From the IMG/VR virus record IMGVR_UViG_3300006793_004421, positions 1 through 58,555 of that record: a stretch of 58,555 nucleotides of DNA; one strand, given 5' to 3'. Position numbers and translations under genes: made by a program. Positions 46,916-53,725 of this stretch are shown here, piece by piece; positions within the stretch are counted from its first letter, which is position 1; every line of letters begins with the position of its first letter. The notes beneath the pieces were generated by a model, which made no database searches, was not told where the DNA came from, and was given only the letters and a program-made list of their open reading frames with translations. Source of the stretch: a virus. Its lineage: Duplodnaviria; Caudoviricetes.

Positions 46916-48840
46916 TGTTTTTACGTGAGCTGTTTGAAGCACCTAAGACTGCGGTGTTTGCATTTGGTAGAATGAACCCTCCTACAATAGGACATGCAAA
47001 ATTAGCTGACGTAGTTAAATCACAAAAGGGTGATCCTTTTTTATTCTTAAGTCAAAAACAACATAAAAAAACAGACCCACTACCATTCCCAGAAAAGATG
47101 TATTTTGCATCTAAAAGTTTTCCAGGCGTTGAAGTAGGTGATCCTAAAGTAAACACTATTATAAAAGCTATGCAAAGTCTAGAAGCTAAAGGCTATACAG
47201 ACATTATATACGTAGCAGGTAGTGACAGAATTCAATCGTTTACTAAATTATTAAATGATTACAACGGTAAAGACTATAACTTTAACAGTATTAATATTGT
47301 AAGTGCAGGCGAGCGTGATCCTGATGCAGAAGGTGCTGAAGGTATGAGTGCAAGTAAAATGAGAGCCGCGGCACAAGAAGGAGACTTTGATAGTTTCAAA
47401 CAAGGTGTTGCTAATGCACAGATGGCACAGCAAATGTACGACCAAGTTAGAAAAGGCATGGGTATAGCACAAGACGAAAATGTTAAAGAATGGGTAGGCC
47501 CTGCATTAGGTGCTTTGAAGTACGGAAAACATGCACTTAAAATTGCTAAATGGCTTTACAATAATAAATGGGCAATTACATTCTTTGTAGGGTTGTGGAA
47601 AGTTGGCGGTTGGGTTGCTGATGCTATGGCATGGGCTAAACGTTTCTTAGATCATCCTGTTACAAAAGCATTAGGCACATATGGACTTCCAGCAGTAGGT
47701 ATTGCTGTAGCATTATATGGTGGTAGAAAATTATATATGCAACTAGTAGATATGGAGAAGAAAGGCCTAAGCCAAGAAGAAATGGAAAAGGAACTTACAG
47801 AGTTCAAACCAGATACTTCAGAAGCAGATGCATTTGAAAAAGAGTTAGAAGAATTTAATGACAAATATTTTGCTACTGAAAGTTTAGACGAATATAGTGT
47901 AAAGCAACAAAGACCAAAACTTGATGTACTTAATAACATTGCTGATCGTAAAGACAGTAAACCTTTTCCGTTAAGTTATAAAGACACAGGTGGTGCAAGT
48001 AGCGGAGGTGAAGTATTAATTACTCCACAAGAAGCAAAGAAGTTTATTAAGTTTTACGATAGTAGAGCTGAAGATGAACAAGAGCTAATGCAAAAAGCAC
48101 TAAAGAGTGTTAACGGTATTAAGAATTTATTTAATAACTTAAACATTAATGTAAGTGTTAAAGTACCAAACAATAAAGATATTTCAACACAAGACCCAAT
48201 AGATAAACTTAGATCTAACTTAACTAAAGAAGCATCAAATAGTAACTTAGAACAAGACCTAATTGATATGTACAAAGGAGACGGCGAAGCTGGTCTTGCA
48301 ATGTATATGGTTGACTATTTAAAGTTTACAGAAAAAGAAGTTTCACAAGCATTTAAAAAAGCAGGCGGTGATATTTATAAAATGATTAGTAACGTTGCCG
48401 CTATGAAAAGCGAAGGCGAAAAAATTCCTAATCCTAAAGATACATTTCTTACAAAGTCTGATACAGCATACGATTTCCTACGTGTAGGTAAAACTATTTC
48501 TAATTTAGATGCTGTAAAAAAAGGTGCAAACAGAGATGAACCAGATGTAATGATTGTTCCCTTTGGTGGTAAGAAAGAAAAACAACATCTTAAAAAAGGC
48601 CTTAAGCGTGTAGGTTATAAAACACAAGACGCTGGTAAGCCTGGAGATGATGCACACGTAGATGAAAACTTTGCTGATGGTAAGAAAAAAGGCAAAAGCC
48701 GTCCAGGTAGAGTAAAGAAGTCAGGTGCTAGTTGTAACGGCACAGTAACACAATTACGTAAACGTGCAAAGAACGCATCAGGTGAGAAAGCTAAAATGTA
48801 TCACTGGTGTGCTAATATGAAATCAGGAAAGAAGAAATAA
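46915..48840 (+). CDS. HIGH-motif nucleotidyltransferase domain fused to several C-terminal modules
   Basis: FGRMNPPTIGH, VAGSDR and SAGERDPDAEG..GMSASKMR, followed by unrelated modules separated by xxE motifs. Confidence 0.8.
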   Translation: MFLRELFEAPKTAVFAFGRMNPPTIGHAKLADVVKSQKGDPFLFLSQKQHKKTDPLPFPEKMYFASKSFPGVEVGDPKVNTIIKAMQSLEAKGYTDIIYVAGSDRIQSFTKLLNDYNGKDYNFNSINIVSAGERDPDAEGAEGMSASKMRAAAQEGDFDSFKQGVANAQMAQQMYDQVRKGMGIAQDENVKEWVGPALGALKYGKHALKIAKWLYNNKWAITFFVGLWKVGGWVADAMAWAKRFLDHPVTKALGTYGLPAVGIAVALYGGRKLYMQLVDMEKKGLSQEEMEKELTEFKPDTSEADAFEKELEEFNDKYFATESLDEYSVKQQRPKLDVLNNIADRKDSKPFPLSYKDTGGASSGGEVLITPQEAKKFIKFYDSRAEDEQELMQKALKSVNGIKNLFNNLNINVSVKVPNNKDISTQDPIDKLRSNLTKEASNSNLEQDLIDMYKGDGEAGLAMYMVDYLKFTEKEVSQAFKKAGGDIYKMISNVAAMKSEGEKIPNPKDTFLTKSDTAYDFLRVGKTISNLDAVKKGANRDEPDVMIVPFGGKKEKQHLKKGLKRVGYKTQDAGKPGDDAHVDENFADGKKKGKSRPGRVKKSGASCNGTVTQLRKRAKNASGEKAKMYHWCANMKSGKKK

Positions 48841-49040
48841 TGTTCAGTCAACAATGTAAATTACACCTAGAAGAAAAAGGCGAAACAGGTTTACAGCATA
48901 TGAAAGCCGCACTAAAGACCGCAGTTAAATTACAACTGTTGGTTCCAGCTTTAATATTACATAGTGTTGCTCCACGTTGTTTTACAGATACAGCATCACG
49001 AGTAATGAAAGATATTTTAGATGAACGAGATACAAATTGA
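48840..49040 (+). CDS. Small hypothetical protein
   Basis: CKLHLEEKGETGLQHM...LILHSVAP..F...AS. Confidence 0.65.
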   Translation: MFSQQCKLHLEEKGETGLQHMKAALKTAVKLQLLVPALILHSVAPRCFTDTASRVMKDILDERDTN

Positions 49041-49155
49041 TATTGAGCATTACGTAAAAAAATTAAAAGAACACGAAGCTCGACGTGCTAGTTTTAACGA
49101 GCGAATGGAATATTGGAATGGATATAAAAACTCTACAGAGACTAGCAGGGATTAA
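49021..49155 (+). CDS. Small hypothetical protein, 44 aa (not in the ORF track)
   Basis: MNEIQIDIEHYVKKLKEHEARR...; fills the gap and overlaps both neighbours. Confidence 0.5.
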   Translation: MNEIQIDIEHYVKKLKEHEARRASFNERMEYWNGYKNSTETSRD

Positions 49156-49345
49156 CGAGTTTTCAGGTTATACTGAATACAACGTTAATGAAAATCCTAG
49201 CATTACTGCAACTGCTCTAAAGAAGAAAGAAAAAGCAATGGGTGTTAAACCAGGTGATAAAGATTGGTTTAAACTTTGGTTTAGTAGACCTTATATGACT
49301 AACCAAAATATGCCACAGGGTTTTAGAGGAAGAAAAAAGAAATGA
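49118..49345 (+). CDS. Small basic late protein
   Basis: MDIKTLQRLAGINE...VKPGDKDWFKLWF. Confidence 0.7.
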   Translation: MDIKTLQRLAGINEFSGYTEYNVNENPSITATALKKKEKAMGVKPGDKDWFKLWFSRPYMTNQNMPQGFRGRKKK

Positions 49346-50232
49346 GATGGCATGAGATATCAGAAGGCGTAGGACGCATTGTAAAAGGTGTTAACACAAC
49401 TCCTGATGTCGGAGTGGACCAAACTAGTATTGAAGCAAAGAAATTTGGTAATTCGGTTGACAAAGATGGAAAGCCGTTGTATACTATGCATAAGAAAGCA
49501 CATAAGAATACAAAACCAAATACTTTATTTAATATGGGGATGACTGAGTCGCAAATAAAAGAATTAAAATCAAAAGAACTATCAGCAGTTAGTGAAATAT
49601 ACGTAGACATGGACGGAGTGTTAGCTGATTTCTTTCCAGCTTGGAAGAAGATAGTAGGTAAAGATTGGCGACAAATTACAGACATTGAAAGTGCATTACA
49701 AACAATTAGAGACAAAGATGATTTTTGGTTATCATTACCATTAACAAACAATGCTCAAAACTTATTAAACATTATTAAAGATCTAAAAGGCGAGTACAAA
49801 ATATTAAGTGCTCCGTTAGCTAACGATCCTAAAGCAGAACCACACAAGCGTGAATGGGTTAAAAAGAACCTAGCGTTTTTTCCACCTAAAGAAGTTATTA
49901 TATCCGCAGACAAATACAAGTGGGCTAAACAAGCTGATGGTACACCTAACATACTAATTGACGACTTTGGATCTAATATTAGAAACTGGGAAGCTAAAGG
50001 CGGAGTTGGATTTAAGCACAAAGATCATAAGTTTGAACGTACTGCTGGACTATTAAAGGATTACTTTAATAAGCCTGTAGAAGAACGTGAACTTAGCAAA
50101 GACGAAGATAAAGAAAAAGAACGCATAGTAAAGGGCATGAAAAAGAATAAAAGTGACTTTAAGAAGCGTTATGGCGACAATGCTGATGCAGTTATGTACG
50201 CAACAGCAACCAAGATGGCTAAATCAGGATAA
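49342..50232 (+). CDS. 5'(3')-deoxyribonucleotidase-like HAD domain flanked by basic modules
   Basis: YVDMDGVLADF, ILSAP, KREWV and ILIDD...WEAKGG; N-terminus MRWHEISE. Confidence 0.8.
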   Translation: MRWHEISEGVGRIVKGVNTTPDVGVDQTSIEAKKFGNSVDKDGKPLYTMHKKAHKNTKPNTLFNMGMTESQIKELKSKELSAVSEIYVDMDGVLADFFPAWKKIVGKDWRQITDIESALQTIRDKDDFWLSLPLTNNAQNLLNIIKDLKGEYKILSAPLANDPKAEPHKREWVKKNLAFFPPKEVIISADKYKWAKQADGTPNILIDDFGSNIRNWEAKGGVGFKHKDHKFERTAGLLKDYFNKPVEERELSKDEDKEKERIVKGMKKNKSDFKKRYGDNADAVMYATATKMAKSG

Positions 50233-50240
50233 ATAATGTT

Positions 50241-50471
50241 ATGTTAATACGTGAACTATTTCAAAAAGACCTAGAAGAAACTGCAACAGCAGGCGGTACA
50301 AGTGCAGGTGCTATAGCAACTGTGGCAAATCCAGTACATGCACATGGGCAAATACCACGTGATAAGAACGGTGTACCTAAAAAGAAGTCTAAGAAAAAAG
50401 CTGACGGCACAGTAGTCAATGCACTAGATGCGTCAGACAGTTTCTTTGGTGGCAAAGTAGCTAAACGATAA
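50241..50471 (+). CDS. Small late protein
   Basis: MLIRELF...LEE|TATAGGTSAGAIA; late promoter at 50228. Confidence 0.7.
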   Translation: MLIRELFQKDLEETATAGGTSAGAIATVANPVHAHGQIPRDKNGVPKKKSKKKADGTVVNALDASDSFFGGKVAKR

Positions 50472-50490
50472 ATACTATTAGAGAGATAAA

Positions 50491-51189
50491 GTGATGAAAA
50501 TGAACAAAAAACAACTAAAAGAAGGTTTAGCAGACATGGCTTACAAAGCTGAGTCAGACCATGAAGTACAGATGGCTAGAGCTGAATTATACAAAATTGC
50601 AAAATACAGTATCAAACTACACGAAATGCTTAAAGGTGTTGACGAGTCAGCAGGCTTAGAAGGCTGGGTACAAAGTAAAATTACTAAAAGTGCAGATTAC
50701 TTAGGTAGTGTTTATCATCACTTAGACTACCAATTTAAATTTGACGAAGTAGCAGAAGCAGTAACTGAATCTGAAAGAGACACACATTGTTCAGACAAGT
50801 GTTGTGGAGCAGATGTTAAAGCAGAAGACTGTGGATGTGCGGCAGACTGTAAAGGTTGTAACTGTAATGACCCTAAAGTATCCGAAGGCATTGATGCCAT
50901 GAAAAAAGCTGGCAATGCAAAAGCTGACGCAGAAGCAAAAGACCGTAAAGCAAGTAAGAAAAAGAACGAATCATACAAAGAATCACTAGCAAGTAGACTA
51001 AGTGAAAAAGTTAGCTCATGCTGTGCAGACTGTGGCAAAGATAGTTACACTACATTAAATCTTTCAGATGAAGAATTAGATGAAGTAGCTGGTCCTGATA
51101 AATGTTGGAAAGGCTATAAGAGAGCTGGAACACAAAAAGGTACTGGTAAGAATGCAGGCAAACGTGTTAACAAGTGCGTAAAGGCATAA
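50491..51189 (+). CDS. Modular late protein with Cys-rich modules
   Basis: DHEVQMA...LEGWVQSKIT, an 8-Cys cluster, and C-terminal CWKGY...VNKCVK. Confidence 0.75.
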   Translation: MMKMNKKQLKEGLADMAYKAESDHEVQMARAELYKIAKYSIKLHEMLKGVDESAGLEGWVQSKITKSADYLGSVYHHLDYQFKFDEVAEAVTESERDTHCSDKCCGADVKAEDCGCAADCKGCNCNDPKVSEGIDAMKKAGNAKADAEAKDRKASKKKNESYKESLASRLSEKVSSCCADCGKDSYTTLNLSDEELDEVAGPDKCWKGYKRAGTQKGTGKNAGKRVNKCVKA

Positions 51190-51190
51190 C

Positions 51191-52177
51191 ATGAAAATTA
51201 CGGATCTAATGGAAGCACCTCCCGGAGGTTGGCTTAATACCAAAGCAGTACTAGGTAAAGCAGACGACTTGGTTAGAAATAATCGTTTAGGTAAAGGCAT
51301 GGCTAATACCAACACAGCAATTTCTAAAAAGTTTGGTGGCGCTCATGGTAACAAAGCACCAATTGATCCAGAAGGTGGCATTGACGATAAAGAAACAGAT
51401 GATTGGATTGCAGGCAAAGGTACTAAAGATACTAAAGATGCAAAACCAAAAGCACCAACAAAAGATACTGGTGCAAAACCTTTAGACAAAGCACCAACAA
51501 CAGAACCTAAATCAATTGATGATTTAAAACCAGGTAGTGCATACAACGATGGCACAGCAACTTGGACATGGACTGGAACAGATTGGTCCGACGGTGCAGT
51601 TAAACTAGATCCTGCAACAGGATTTAAACAATTTAAAAAATCTAAAAACAAATTTGTAAAAGAAGGTCCATTTAAAGGTGTTGGCAAAGCCTTGATGAAG
51701 AGAAAGCTCAACAAACAATATAAAAAAGCAGACCTTGCAAATTTTGATAAATCAGGAATAGACACAAAAGGAAAAACTCCTGATGAAGTCGGGCAAATGA
51801 AGTCAGATTACTATCATGACAATATGGATAAGGCTGATAGAGCAAAAAAAGCCAAGGACCGGTTATCAAGAAATAAAAAAGTAAAAGAAGCACCTGGTGC
51901 GGCGGCTCCAGCAGATGCAAAACCAGATCCAAAACAAACACAACAGGTTGCACAAAAAGCAACAGCATTAAAAGGTGTTGTTGGTGGTAAAGCAAGTGGT
52001 GCTCAAATTGCAAAAGGATTAGATAAAGTTGCGGCAGGTGAAACATTACCGCCAAACATTATTAAAGCGATTGCTCCATATGCAACTGCTATTCAATCTA
52101 TGATGTCAAATCCTCAACTGTTTGGTAAGTTCAAAGCACTTATGAAACAAGCTGAAGCTGGACAGAACCAGCAATAA
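51191..52177 (+). CDS. Modular Lys/Ala-rich late protein
   Basis: MKITDLME|AP..., FVKE|GP..., KVKE|AP... Confidence 0.7.
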   Translation: MKITDLMEAPPGGWLNTKAVLGKADDLVRNNRLGKGMANTNTAISKKFGGAHGNKAPIDPEGGIDDKETDDWIAGKGTKDTKDAKPKAPTKDTGAKPLDKAPTTEPKSIDDLKPGSAYNDGTATWTWTGTDWSDGAVKLDPATGFKQFKKSKNKFVKEGPFKGVGKALMKRKLNKQYKKADLANFDKSGIDTKGKTPDEVGQMKSDYYHDNMDKADRAKKAKDRLSRNKKVKEAPGAAAPADAKPDPKQTQQVAQKATALKGVVGGKASGAQIAKGLDKVAAGETLPPNIIKAIAPYATAIQSMMSNPQLFGKFKALMKQAEAGQNQQ

Positions 52178-52210
52178 CAATACCGTAAACACCCCTACAT
52201 AAATAATTGC

Positions 52211-52750
52211 ATGTTCATACCAAACAGGCAAAATCTAGAGTTCAAAGAATCTGCTGACATCTATACCCACGTATATGATGATTTCGAAACACTCAATCCA
52301 ATACTAGCTGAAAAAATTAAAGCTAGAGGCGATTGCCAATTTCGAAAAACAAACGTTAAAGCAGATATGACAGAATGGACAATGTTTAAGGATCCTGACT
52401 TTCAAAAGATTATTAACTTTGCTATTGATGTTGTACAAAATGGTCTTGAACATATGGTTGGTGGTGAATATCAAATAACAGATTGTTGGGGTGCAGTATA
52501 TCAAAAAGGCGATAGTTGTAGACCACATGCACATCATCCTGCTATTTGGAGTTTCGTTTACTATGTAGACGCAACACCAGATGATGCACCTTTGGTATTT
52601 CCAACAAGTAGTAATGCAATATTTCCAAATTCAGGACTTATAATAGTATTCCCAGGTTGGGTAACACACGAAGTACCAGAACAAAAGAATGATAAAGAAC
52701 GAATAGTAATAGCAGGTAATTTAACAATTCATCGTACACAAGCGGAATAA
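52211..52750 (+). CDS. 2OG-Fe(II) oxygenase
   Basis: WGAVY, HAH, WSFVYY, IIVFPGWVTHEV and RIVIAGN. Confidence 0.85.
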   Translation: MFIPNRQNLEFKESADIYTHVYDDFETLNPILAEKIKARGDCQFRKTNVKADMTEWTMFKDPDFQKIINFAIDVVQNGLEHMVGGEYQITDCWGAVYQKGDSCRPHAHHPAIWSFVYYVDATPDDAPLVFPTSSNAIFPNSGLIIVFPGWVTHEVPEQKNDKERIVIAGNLTIHRTQAE

Positions 52751-52755
52751 AGTTG

Positions 52756-52784
52756 TTGACAAGCAATAATAGTTCGTGTATAAT
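52756..52784 (+). promoter_or_regulatory. Sigma70-type promoter
   Basis: TTGACA, 17 nt, TATAAT upstream of the replication operon. Confidence 0.85.
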
Positions 52785-52812
52785 GTACATAACAATTAAT
52801 TAAGGAGTTGAT

Positions 52813-53073
52813 ATGAGTGATAGAACATATGGCGCTGAAGAAAAAGCCAAACTAGAAAGATTGGTTAATGAAGGCGTAACAGTACTACAAGAAGTAGAAG
52901 ATCTAAACTTAGGTCTAAAAGATACTGTAAAAGCAGTAGCAGAAGAACTAGACATTAAGCCTAGTCTTATTAACAAAGCAATTAAGATCGCACAAAAAGG
53001 TGAATGGCATAAAGTTGCTGACGAATTTGATGATTTAGAAACACTAGTAGCCACAGTTGGCAGGGACAAATAA
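52813..53073 (+). CDS. Small dsDNA-binding protein (T4 DsbA/GapR-like)
   Basis: Coiled coil followed by LKDTVKAVAEELDIKPSLINKAIK; strong SD. Confidence 0.55.
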   Translation: MSDRTYGAEEKAKLERLVNEGVTVLQEVEDLNLGLKDTVKAVAEELDIKPSLINKAIKIAQKGEWHKVADEFDDLETLVATVGRDK

Positions 53074-53075
53074 TT

Positions 53076-53354
53076 TTGAATAGAGCAATCGACTTTTTTA
53101 AAACAAGCTATAGGCTAAGCCCTGTTGCATTCTATTGCGAAATGATTGAGGCATTGTTCTTAATCTCAGCAAGTGCAATATTGAGCTTTACTATATTAGA
53201 TCCCGCAACAACAATATTTGTACCATTATATTTGGTTGGAAGTTTATTGGGTATTGTTAGTGCAGTTATTAGACAAGCGGCATTTGTAATTATACTTTGT
53301 TCTTGGTTTTCAGCAATGAATCTTTGGGCATTAATACAGTTGTTCGTAATATGA
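53076..53354 (+). CDS. Membrane protein (about three TM helices)
   Basis: Hydrophobic throughout; TTG start. Confidence 0.7.
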   Translation: MNRAIDFFKTSYRLSPVAFYCEMIEALFLISASAILSFTILDPATTIFVPLYLVGSLLGIVSAVIRQAAFVIILCSWFSAMNLWALIQLFVI

Positions 53355-53674
53355 AATATATGGTTGACATAGATCAAACAATCTGTTATAATAGTAACAG
53401 TGAATATGAATTTAGTGAACCAGATGTTCAACGTATACAACATTTCAATAAGTTGTATAATGAAGGCAATGAAATACATTATTGGACTGCTAGAGGCGGT
53501 ACCACAGGCAAAGATTGGAGTGAGCTTACTAAAGACCAATTTGCTGAATGGGGTGTACTATACACAACATTGAGTTTTAGAAAGCCACACTATGACATTT
53601 GGATAGACGACAAGGCAAGAGAGGCAAATGAATATTTTAGAGAGATTAAAGAAGAAGGTAATCGTCGGCCATAA
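53351..53674 (+). CDS. Small HAD-family phosphatase
   Basis: MKYMVDIDQTIC, WTARG and KP.YDIWIDDKA. Start at ATG 53351. Confidence 0.8.
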   Translation: MKYMVDIDQTICYNSNSEYEFSEPDVQRIQHFNKLYNEGNEIHYWTARGGTTGKDWSELTKDQFAEWGVLYTTLSFRKPHYDIWIDDKAREANEYFREIKEEGNRRP

Positions 53675-53709
53675 GCGACAGTATTGGTTTTTGTCAGCCC
53701 CAAGTGACA
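53657..53709 (+). ncRNA. Tandem structured RNA element (two GGU-N4-GUCR-GCC-N2-AAG-YGAC units) upstream of the DNA polymerase
   Basis: GUCG/CGAC and UGUCA/UGACA stems with 8-nt GCCnnAAG loops, just 5' of SD GAGGAG. Confidence 0.65.
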
Positions 53710-53725
53710 TGCGAGGAGTAAAAAT

